Assembly (NCBI GenBank): GCA_030141605.1
Contig: JAQGDQ010000974.1
Location: 10,230-74,229 of the forward strand
Source: Tubiluchus corallicola
Taxonomy: Eukaryota; Animalia; Priapulida
DNA length: 64,000 nt
Direction: 5' to 3'
Shown here: positions 24,700 to 36,200 of the stretch, piece by piece
Numbering within the stretch: position 1 is the stretch's first letter
How the letters are laid out: each line of letters begins with the position of its first letter
Made by a program: the position numbers and the translations under genes
The notes under the pieces: model-generated
What the model saw: only the letters and a program-made list of their open reading frames with translations
What the model was told of the DNA's origin: nothing
Databases searched by the model: none

Positions 24700-27600
24700 A
24701 TGGAATCTATGATAGTTGAAGAAAAGGTGCCTGAACCTGTTGCCATCGATAGGGAAAAGGTAATGTACTAAGTTTATATTTATTACTTCAGCATAATTAC
24801 AGAAATATGATGAAATCGATGCTTAGTGAAGCGAGGTCGGTGCCTAGTGGCTAGTTCAAATACTAACTTGGGCTCTCGCAGTGCCAGTACTCATACAGTT
24901 ATATTTCAGGAAGTAGACTTCTTTACAACAATTTCAAATAAAATTGTTGAGATTTGTGTGATATAGTTTTTAGTACTTTGCACGAAACCTTATGAGTTAT
25001 GGCATGGGGCGAATAAGAATCTTTCTTATCTAAAATCTGCTCAAGGTACTCTGTCAGTATGCGTAATTCTTTCTAACAATTATTTTAGCTGCAGCCTGTG
25101 AACAAAACCATTTCAACCTACTGCAAGTGGTCGAATCATTTATTGAATTATTAACGGGTTAGAGCAATGATTTGCACTACGCTTAAACTAGAACTAAAAT
25201 TGTGAATTGGGAGAGAGATTGAAATATTTCAACTCTAATTTTTTATTTAGGATGACTGATAGTTATATTTGGGGTCGTGCACGTGGATCCCGACTACTTC
25301 AACGAAAATCCTAACCTTGAGCCCATTTAGCATCCAGAATCTCGAACACCCCTACCTAGGCTCAGTAGGCTGCCTTTTTGTTGTTTTAGCATTTGGCATT
25401 CGTTGTGGCAAATATGAATCTTATTTTGCACACAGTTTCTTTAAATTCTGTGCATCTTCAATGATATTTGAATGAGGGATTAATAATCTGATGTCGTTAT
25501 TTTATAAGCAGGAAAATTGGCAGTTAACCTACTAGTGCTATTAACTCGTTTTTGTTTCAGACATGCCCCCTACTGTTGAGGGTTTTCTGTAACACAGGTC
25601 GTCATCATCCACTCAGCGAATACGTGCGGGGAAACGTGCCTTCAAATGAGTTGCAAATCTACACGTGGTTAGTATTTAATGAGTGTGGATGGTGTTTCAA
25701 TAAATGTTTTATTTCTAATTTTGTTACTATGCATTCCCACTGGTTTACGCAGTAGCAACAACAGGTCTTGTCCAGTTTGTCTGTGCCACACTTTTTCATT
25801 ACTGTTGCCATAGTTACCGAATTGACTGTCGTGTTATGAACCATCTAGTGCTTTCATTCGCTTTGTTCTACAAAGCCACTTGGAACTCTAAAGCCTGGTG
25901 CTTTTGATTCAATATGTAGAGGAGTTCGGATGCTAGACTACGTCTAAATGAATTATAGCTTTTGGAATGCCTTACCCTTGGCATGGACAAATATTTACAA
26001 GTCACTTTTTGTTAAACATGTTTTTTGTCGTTACTTATGTGTGCATGTATGTGCGTGTGTGTGTGTGCATGCGTGCGCGCATGTGTGTGCATGTGCGTGT
26101 GTGTGTGCGCATGTGTGTTAATCATGTGTGCTTGTATTGCTTTCAGTTTCTTTGTCAGAGCAATAATGCTTGCTGCGATTCCTGTTCTGACGTCACCTGT
26201 TCATTTCTTAACATTTAATAAACATTTAGTTTTTCCTCTCCTTCTTACAAATGTTGCAAATGATCATTACACCAGTGGCGGCTTGTAGCTAAAATTAGTG
26301 GGGATGCTGCTTCACAAAGCCATTGTTTTAACACTGTGTGAAACGAAACAAGCATATGTAACTTTAATGTTGTAATTTGTAATTGTAATTTTAAACAAAC
26401 AATCATATGAAAGCTTATGTATAAGCTTGATAAAATCCTAACCAAAAAAATATTTTTTGCTTACTAATAGCCTAAATTGTCGCAGTTAAAGTTTGGATCC
26501 ATTCACAGTAAGCATGTGTCAACAAACTGACAGCAAACTGTGTGAGCGACAGTACTTTCTCTACCTGGGCCAGACATGTGCGCATGGCCACATGCACACA
26601 ACAGCCAAACACCGCGTTGCTGGGCTGTCAAGCAAACAGTACTACCCTCACGTGCTCTGGACCTTACAAGTATAAAGAAAGAACTAAAGAAAAAAGACTT
26701 ATTCTATGGAATATTTTCCATAATGCCAAGTGAAAATGCTGCAGTTCCGCAGTACCTATACAAGAGCCACCACTACATTACACTAAGTGACTATTGTTTT
26801 ATTGGGATCTAATAATCAACTTGCGTACTGTAGGTTGGACGCAACATTGAAGGAGCTGACAAGTTTGGTCAAAGAAGTAAACCCAGAAGCTCGACGCAAA
26901 GGCACATTCTTTGACTTTGCTATAGCTTATCCTGACCCACGGCGACCTGGATATAGGTAAGATCAAAATATTGATGTGCAAGCTTTCTTAGTTAAAATAA
27001 TCAGGATTATTTTTTAAATTAAATTTAAATTCCAGCTAAGAAGTAATTCACTACAGTCTAATGTTCACTTTGATATTTTAGCTCCTGTGAGGGTAGCTAT
27101 ACAGGGATGTTGAACAATTGTTGTACAATTCTATATAATATGGTTCTTATGAATGATCCAGTAGTCGCCGCCTAATAGACTCACTTTGGTACCTACGTGT
27201 TTTGACCCAATTAACCGACTGAATCTATTAACCAATGGGTGTAGTATGCAAGTTTAGAAGTATGAGTCATAAGCTTACTATGCACTACAAAGGTTTTTAA
27301 TGAATTTTAGAAACAAAGTAATGCCTAAGTTCCTTTGTGCAGCTAAAAATTAGAAAAGACATTTTAAAATATTATTTTATATAAGTGAATTAGCAATAAA
27401 TTAAAAAGTGTACTTTTCAAAATCACAGACTTTTCTAAAATTACAAAAATTCTTTCAAAGTTCTCATAATTATAAAAACGTTGAAAATCTGTTGTTGTGT
27501 GTGACTAAAACAGTTCTGAATCACATTGCTCTTATTTGCTACACGATGTTTACTCTTGTAAGTCACAAGGAATACCGGCTGATTACTGTACCTGAATCTT

Positions 27601-28056
27601 TGACTGTTAATTCATTAAGCCTGAAAGCGTGATTTGCAACGAGAGCATCAAAAGGAGACCGCTAGGCAAGTGATTAAATGTTTAGCTTCCTTTGGGTAAC
27701 AGTGGGCTAGCCGGTAACACATTCAGAGCAAAATCGCTACTCTAGCATATTAGCGGATGATAAACGTACCTGCTTACAAACAAACGGCATGATTGTTTCT
27801 GCATACATAGTGCACAAAAGGGAAGTAAAGATGACAACATAAAAGTAGGAAAGGCTCTTTTGGCACATACAAATATCTTATTTTAAATATGTGAAGGAAA
27901 ATCATTGAGTCAATTATGCGGAGTTATTTGAGTCAATTACCGATAGTTTTTATGTATATTTGAATAGAAGCGGCCTGTTCCAAGTGCTTTTGAGTCAATT
28001 AGGCGATTGAGTCTATTAACTGTGAGTCTGTTAAGCGGCACCTACTGTATATATAG

Positions 28057-28089
<33 letters not shown>

Positions 28090-28451
28090 GATTTATAATG
28101 TCAGTTTAGAATTTCTACTTCATTCAAAACTGTTTTTATTGCTTATTCAGTCTGAGAATATTTTTCAAGCTAAAACCAGCTTGTACTTGTCCTGGTGAAA
28201 GTTTGCAGCAGATATCCTAGAAACCCCTTCAAAAACCAGGTCAAATACTGACATAAACAGTTTAACTAATTGCTGATCTTAGGTTAAAAGAAATAGGAAG
28301 CACTTGTGCAGGACAGAAGGGTACAGAGGATTCCGTGACACTGGCTTCTCAACGATTCCAAATCGGCGATTATCTCAGCATAGCTATTACACCGCCCTCT
28401 ATGGCAAGAGGTGTACCACCGGGACCACCGAGGCGTATGCGACCTTTTTAA
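24700..28451 (+). CDS. SAP18: Histone deacetylase complex subunit SAP18
   Basis: Exons 24700-24759 (MESMIVEEKVPEPVAIDREK), 25561-25667 (TCPLLLRVFCNTGRHH...NELQIYTW), 26834-26956 (LDATLKELTSLVKEVNPEARRKGT.FDFA), 28283-28451 (LKEIGST...RFQIGDYLSIAITPP...RMRPF*). Phases are consistent. Confidence 0.96.
26034..26150. repeat. Degenerate (GT/GC)n microsatellite
   Basis: tgtgtgcatgtatgtgcgtgtgtgtg... in SAP18 intron 2. Confidence 0.8.
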
Positions 28452-29332
28452 AATCAACTTTTCCGTGGTATTTTATTGTTTAAATACGTTAATTAATGTG
28501 CAGGAATACATAAGTTCAAGTTTTCTAGCAAACTGCAAACCACCAAAATGGTTAAGTATTAAACTGAAATTCTTTCGAATCTTCGTTTTGGCGAAGAGCT
28601 CGCATCAGCAGAGATTTCAGCAATTTTAATTTAATAGTTTTTTTCAGATGTTAGCGTCTGCAATGACTTAATTTTTTCTTAAATGTCTTATCGCATTTTG
28701 CATTTCACTTTGTATATAAGTGTACTTAAAACTAATTTTTGACCTGTGTACAAGCGTGTGATCAAGTGTATATATTTTTATGTACTCCTGTGTTTTAAAA
28801 ATTGAGTGTGAAAAGTAATCAGATCTCTTTTTGCATATAGTTTTTTGTCAATTTACTCAGAACAGCAACTGTTTATAGAAAACTGTAGGAAAAGTTCCTG
28901 TTTTGGAATGTTTCTGTATCAGAGCTACCCGTTGTCTAAGCAGAATTTAAGTAAAAACAGATAGCCTCAGCTTTTTCGCATTAATTTTTCTTTGGGAATT
29001 GCAAAAAAAAATATTTGACTAGTGGCTATCCAGTGCAAATTATAGTAAACGTTTGTTAAAAAAACACTTAAATTTGTTCCATTCTTCCACGTTTTATCCA
29101 AATATTCTTGAAGTAATAAAGCATAGATAAGCCAGCATTTTTATTCTTGTAAATGCACGATTTATATTATGTCTGTGTAATAAATATAATTAAATGAAAA
29201 TTACACCTTACAAATGGTGCATACATTACATTACAGATCTTGGCATAATACTTCACAAAATTACTACTGTTAGTGTAGCATTACTATAGTAATTCATAGA
29301 CCTACACAATTAACTGCATTACTTAAGTTCCC

Positions 29333-29450
29333 GTCTACGGCCATATCACGTTGAAAACACCGGTTCTCCTCTGATCACCGAAGTTAAGCAACATAGAGCC
29401 TGGTTAGTACTTTGATGGGTCACCGCCTAGGAATACCAGGTGCTATAGGC
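29333..29450 (+). rRNA. 5S rRNA-like sequence (SINE head or pseudogene; probably not a functional 5S gene)
   Basis: GTCTACGGCCATATCACGTTGAAAACACCGGTTCTC...GATCACCGAAGTTAAGCAAC...GGTTAGTACTTTGATGGGTCACCGCCTAGGAATACCAGGTGCTATAGGC is full-length invertebrate-type 5S with several substitutions. Confidence 0.8.
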
Positions 29451-29873
29451 CTGCGGGATTCCCACACTGTATCTCGACACTAGGCGGAGGAGCTGCACAA
29501 GAATCCAATGGCTAGAGGGCAGAGGAGGTGATATGTGTATGTGCCATGTGTAGTGTAAACCTTCCAAATCAGGAGTGGAGACCAGTGCAGCATGCTCACT
29601 GACTCCAGCAGCTCCTGCAGCCAACCTGGTGCCAAACGTACTGCTCAGCTTTCCTTTGGACTACACCAGGGAGGCAGAGAGAGAGTTCCTGTTGTCTGGG
29701 CAACTCGGGAACTCCATACACCTTGCCCAGGCGTGCGCCCTGGAGAGGCCACTCCAGTGGTTCAAGGATCGGACTGCTCAGCCACAGTCGATGCTACAGC
29801 TCCATCAATGTGATCAATAACTGACTCTCGTGGTGCACACTCCATTGTCTTTCAAGACAGAAGGATGCCAACA
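29333..29873 (+). mobile_element. 5S rRNA-derived SINE (SINE3) with RTE-like body and tail
   Basis: 5S head with no T-run terminator, about 420 bp of GC-richer body, and the tail CTCCATTGTCTTTCAAGACAGAAGGATGCCAACA. Flanked by ACTTAAGTTCCC and ATTCAAGTTCCC (10/12 TSD). Confidence 0.8.
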
Positions 29874-30238
29874 ATTCAAGTTCCCCCATTGTGTATTACC
29901 GCTCACTAAACCTGTACATCAACTTGTTCATTTACAATGTTTTTTAAATTTATCAGTAGTCATACAAATAACCATGATTACTCAAGAAGCAGCTTTTTCG
30001 TAACAATTTTTCCTAAAGTTTCTCAATCACCATAGCATTTGAAGAATGCTGTTAAATGGATTCGCTTTACTCCAGCTGATTTTTCACTTTAATAGTTATG
30101 TTTGCTAAGGTTTTTTGAGCTGTCTTAGTTTCAAATTGGTATCTGCACATTCACGTTGCTACACAGAGGTTTTTATACTCACTAATGATAACCAAGGTAC
30201 GCATGAGTATAGTTTAAGTCTGCAAAGTAGTATCGATT

Positions 30239-33200
30239 TTACTCGTCACAGCAAATTTCAAAGTGTTCAACAAATTCGGTATGTCTATTTTGTGGATATG
30301 CCTTTGTGCACTTTGGGCAATACAGGAAATCTTCATTGGATGCACATTCTTCTTCTTCGGTTTTGCATTGGTCTGTGACATCTTCAATGATTACAGCACT
30401 TTGACGAGGACTCACACTTGCTGCACGAGAACCCGAAGGAGTGACGTGGGTAGACACCCTTCCACCATCAATATCGATGTCTTCTGTTACATATAGACTT
30501 GTTCTGGGACTGATGTTACAGCGTACGGTCACGACTGGACTCGTTCCTCTACTGACAAATCGTCCCTAAAATGAACAATAGTTGAGTGGATCTTCACTAT
30601 AATTTGGTTTGCCCAAAACAGAACATTCTTGAGTTCGGAACGTTAAGTGGCAAGTTGTAAGGTTATTATTATACTAGCTTTTACCCCTTTCATATTTGTC
30701 TTACCTTGATCGCAGAAGACAGTAGAGAAAATGACAATAAACAAAAAGTGACAAGTTATGTTCAGTAATTTCATTTACCTGTACACTTTAAATTCATTAT
30801 TTAAAGTTTATTTCAAGCAAAAGGCAATTCATGAAATTAGTTCCTGCAAAGTTTCAAATTTATTAAATTGTCTTTCCATATTATAAGTGATAATCGAGAA
30901 ATATGTTACAAACCGGATTTGCAGAACTGCATTCCAGAAATGCTGAACTATATGATCCACTTCGTCTAAAACTGTCTCCGCTAGTTGATGCAAATGAGCT
31001 ATTACTCCAGCGAGCGATGTCGTCTCGTGCTGAAGCGTATGATCCACTCCGTCTGATGTCATCTCTTTGGGTAGAGTTTCTCCGTCGGACAAGATTGTAA
31101 GCATCCTCTGCTTCCTGGTACCGCTGCAGCTGCAGGACAAAGATAATGATTATTATATTAACGCAACATTAATTAGCAGTATATAATTGCTGCGGGTCAG
31201 TCACGTGAGTCAAGGTCACTAAAAATGAGATTCTTGTGTATCCAAACACAGCAGTGATGATGCTCTTAAAGGAAAACCAGACGATTGTTTACACTCAATC
31301 TCATTTTAATTTACTGTTCAAAATATATATTTTCTTGCCTATAAAAGTTAGTATTGGTTTCTTATATTTGAATAATTAGCTTAGAAAGTTAATTAACGGC
31401 AACCGAAAACAGCTGTTGCTTATGTCAGAAACTAATCACAGTTTGTGCAACAGCAGGCATCTCCCTTGTGCATCACGCACGTTTGCATAAGTGTTACTTT
31501 ACTGCTTAAACACATGATGCCACGAAGACGGGTTGTACGCCATACGACGTCAGAAACTAACACTGCAGTTCGTCATCATTATCACGGTACCGTCTTCTAT
31601 TTGTCGGTCACGCGAATGTGGCAGAAGGGTGCTGCTGCCAGTCTTAGTAGATTCACTGAGCCTTGCGTAGCTTTGAAAGTTTAACATGTTGCAACTGACA
31701 AGTAGCGCATAACAAGATGCTGTCACAGTACATACCATGGTTGTAATTGCTTTTAATGGTGTTTTTTATATGAAAAGTGACTCACCGCCGATTGCATTTG
31801 TTCCATCTTCTCTTCTAATTCATTAGCTCTTTCCAAGGCCTTTTCTTTATCTGCCTTTTCAGATTTCCAGTCGTCCATGTAGACACTAAAAAAGATAATC
31901 TTGTAATCCAATATTATTCCAATTGCACCTCAAGTTCTGATGGCCTTCTTTGCATAATAAAAATTATCGTCTAAAATCAGTGTTTAAATTCAAGTGGATG
32001 AGTGGATTTCTACATTGAAGAAAAGTGATATTCGTACATGCGACAGTTTGCTCTTTAAATAGTGGTTTTGCTTTTAACTCTGCATGGCCCAATTTTTTTT
32101 GATCTGAAAAATACAACTTAAGTTCACTATATGTAAGCATGCAATCAACAGACTCACGACCATGGTTGGACTTGGTCTATATATTGTTGTCCTTTTACTT
32201 AAGTTCACTGTATGTAAGCATGCAGTCAACAGACTCACAACCATGGTTGGACTTGGTCTATATATTGTTGTCCTTTTACTTAAGTTCACTGTATGTAAGC
32301 ATGCAGTCAACAGACTCACGACCATGGTTGGACTTGGTCTATATATTGTTGTTCTTTTACTTAAGTTCACTGTATGTAAGCATGCAGTCAACAGACTCAC
32401 AACCATGGTTGGACTTGCTCTATATATTGTTGTCCTTTTACTTAAGTTCACTGTATGTAAGCATGCAATCAACAGACTCACGACCATGGTTGGACTTGCT
32501 CTATATATTGTTGTTCTTTTACTTAAGTTCACTGTATGTAAGCATGCAGTCAACAGACTCACAACCATGGTTGGACTTGGTCTATATATTGTTGTTCTTT
32601 TACTTAAGTTCACTGTATGTAAGCATGCAGTCAACAGACTCACAACCATGGTTGGACTTGGTCTATATATTGTTGTCCTTTTACTTAAGTTCACTGTATG
32701 TAAGCATGCAATCAACAGACTCACGACCATGGTTGGACTTGCTCTATATATTCTTGTGCTTTTACTTAAGTTCACTGTATGTAAGCATGCAGTCAACAGA
32801 CTCACAACCATGGTTGGACTTGCTCTATATATTGTTGTCCTTTTACTTAAGTTCACTGTATGTAAGCATGCAGTCAACAGACTCGCGACCATGGTTGGAC
32901 TTGGTCTATATATTGTTGTCCTTTTACTTTCTATTGCACTTTTTACTAAATTAAAATTGCTGGAAAATTAAAACGAAACTTTACCTGATTTGTTGCTCTA
33001 GAAGTGGTATACGTTCTGCATCTTCTTGTCGTTTCTTCATCTGAGATTGCTGCTTGCTTGCATCTATTTGAGCGAGCTGCAGACGTGTAGCGGCGTGCAA
33101 GTCCTGAACTTCTCTCAGTTTCTTTTTCTCCTGTTCCAATTCCAACTTGATCCTCTCTTTTTCCTGATCAGATAGTTACAATGTTCAAAGTAACTGTACA

Positions 33201-36200
33201 TTGTGCAAACTACAAATATTGTTAACAAGTGGCCAGAAAAACCACATAATGTTATTCTCAAAAGAAAATAGACATGTTGGTCTCTACTATGTGTTGATCA
33301 GCGGCCAGAAAAACCACATCATATTATTCTCAAAAGTGAATAGACAGATAGGCCGCTACTATATGTTGTTTAGGGGCCAGAAAAACCACATGTTATTCTG
33401 AAAAGTAAATAGACGCATAGGCCTCTGCTATGTGATGATCAGGGGTCAGTAAAACTACATCATGTTATTCTCTAAAGTAAGAAGTAAATAAACACATAGG
33501 CCTCTACTATGTGTTGATCAGGGGCCAGAAAAACCACATGTTATTCTGAAAAGTAAATAGACGCATAGGCCTCTGCTATGTGATGATCAGGGGCCAGTAA
33601 AACTACATCATGTTATTCTCTAAAGTAAGAAGTAAATAAACACATAGGCCTCTACTATGTGTTGAACAGGGGCCAGAAAAACCACATGTTATTCTGAAAA
33701 GTAAATAGACACATAGGCCTCTGCTATGTGATGATCAGGGGCCAGTAAAACTACATCATGTTATTCTCTAAAGTAAGAAGTAAATAAACACATAGGCCTC
33801 TACTATGTGTTGAACAGGGGCCAGTAAAACTACACCATGTTATTCTCTAAAGTAAGAAGTAAATAAACACATAGGCCTCTACTATGTGTTGAACAGGGGC
33901 CAGAAAAACCACATGTTATTCTGAAAAGTAAATAGACGCATAGGCCTCTGCTATGTGATGATCAGGGACCAGAAGTAAATAGACACATAGGCCTTTACTA
34001 TATGATGATCAGGAATGTTACATGCTTCATAACATGCGGCCGTACAGGTGCACCATCATAATAATGAAGCAAATCGGTATTTGTTCATCTGTTTATTGCC
34101 ATCCAATTATAATTGCAATACATAGTGGAACTAGCCTGTCTATGCTTGTTTTCCAAGACAGCATATTTTCCACCATTATGAAGAAAACTTTTCTTATTAT
34201 AAAAGAAAGCTTTGCTTATCAGCCTTATCAGATGAATCAGCCTTAGCTTTACCACTGTGTGAACATGGCCTTAGCTTTACCACTGTGCCAAAATGTCCTT
34301 AGCTTTACCGCTGTGTGAACATGGCCTTAGTTTTACCACTGTGTGAACATGGCACACACATTCAAGCCATGATCTAAGATTAATTTATATCTCTAGTTCA
34401 GTAAATTCCCGTTTCTGTAAGAAGAAAAAATGATTCGTATCTCCAGCGTAACAGTAAGACTCAAAATACATCCCGTAACTTGCAATACCTGCATAATTCT
34501 TGCTAAGTGTGAGTCGATGTTAGACTGGTGAGTATCCGTGGCTTGTTCAACCACTTCTATCTTCTTATGCAGCTCTTGCACGTAATCTTTTGTGGTTTTT
34601 TTCTCGCTTTCCCACTGTTTCATAACCTACATGTAAGTCGTACGTAATTATTATTTGTTCTGACTGCAGCGAGGGTGGTAACATAACTTCCAGAGACTGT
34701 GTAAGCACACAGGGCCTATTTCAGCCTAAGCGAGACCCGGGGAAGTGGGACGTGTGAGGCCCCCCCCCTTGGGTTGCCAGAAAATTTTTGAACTGCTAGA
34801 ACGCCGGAGTAGCATTTTCGAAGAGAAAATCCATTTATACAGAAATATATTAAAGGAAAGAACAATTGAAATAAAAACTGCTTTATTCTCAAGACCAGTC
34901 CTTAATACTTGTCAATACTGGCAAACGGCGCGCGTGCGGCAAGAGGGAGAGAGGAGGCAGTATGGTCGCATAAAGCAAAAAATGTTACCTTGGCGCGAGG
35001 CCCCCTAGAGGGTGAGGACCCGCCCGGTATCCCCCCCCCTGAAATAGGCCCTGTTAGCACATGTACCTGTAAAAATGTGTGACTATATAAGCCAGACTTT
35101 TTATACATATGCATAGTATTGCTGACATACTTACACATTTGATACAAGAGTTCACCAGTTGGTAACTCAAATGTAAAAACTGCTGTGCAGTACAGCTACA
35201 GGTTTATAGCCATTATCTGCTCGATTTTCACAGCTGGCAGCATCATAGCAGATTATGTGACAAGTTAGCAGTTAATGGATGTTCCCAGAATAAGTGTAAA
35301 TGATGCACACATAATCTGGGAAAGTCCAGTAATTGCTGACGTGTTACATTGTGCTTTTACAAGACATGTATCTTTTTAAGTGGGAAAATCCCTGCTTACT
35401 AGTTTGCTACGCCTGGTGGGAAAATTACGTATACTTACAGTTGTAACGCTATTATTAACATATTAACACTTTATACACTATGATATGCAAAGGTACAATC
35501 AAATACAAGCATATTGAGATGGTTAACAGCAAATTAATGACTTAATGAAATCAAGGAACCATGCAAGTTTATACAGAAATGGCATAGTCATAGGAGGTTT
35601 CAACGATTTATTAAAACCGGCACATTTTCTAACTTAACTCTGTAACTTATGAAGGTAAAAATATTTTTACTTTTTTTAAATTTTCTTGGAAATTATGAAG
35701 TCGCTTTTAATTTTCCAAACGATTCATTTGAAATTTGCAGTGGGAAAGGTCTGCATTACTTAATTGTATATTATCAACAGTATGGTTGATTAGTGCTGAT
35801 GTGGCAGAACCGGAACTTATTTAAGTATCAAAGCTAATCCTCCTAAGGTGAGACGATGGGCTGACCTGATAAAGCATTTCATCAGTTCTAAAATTTGAAG
35901 TAAGTACATGTCTGGAATGTTTTAGAAGCATTCGTGTAAATTTTTAAAAATTCTTCAGCAACTGCGTCTAATATTTTTGTCGTAGAATTTGCTCTGTCCA
36001 TACGTACCTCATTTAGAGCAGTTTTCAGTTTCCTGTTTTGCTCTGCAAGGATATGAGCTTGTTTTTTGAACGAGCACGTGCATGTGACCAACAAAGGCTC
36101 TTCTGAAAACGGCAACTGGAAGAACAAAAATTACAGTAAGACTACAAACAATTTCAATGTTCAAACAGCGGCAACGGCAACGACAATGTTCATAGCCCTG

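Noticed and set aside
29333-29450. Functional 5S rRNA gene linked to the nearby Pol III subunit gene
   Set aside because: No terminator, substitutions in conserved positions, and it is embedded in a TSD-flanked retroposon. Proximity to POLR3G looks coincidental.
32074-32971. Three overlapping ~270-aa ORFs
   Set aside because: They result from an 81-bp (27-codon) unit that lacks stops in those frames, and they lie in a TNIP2 intron.
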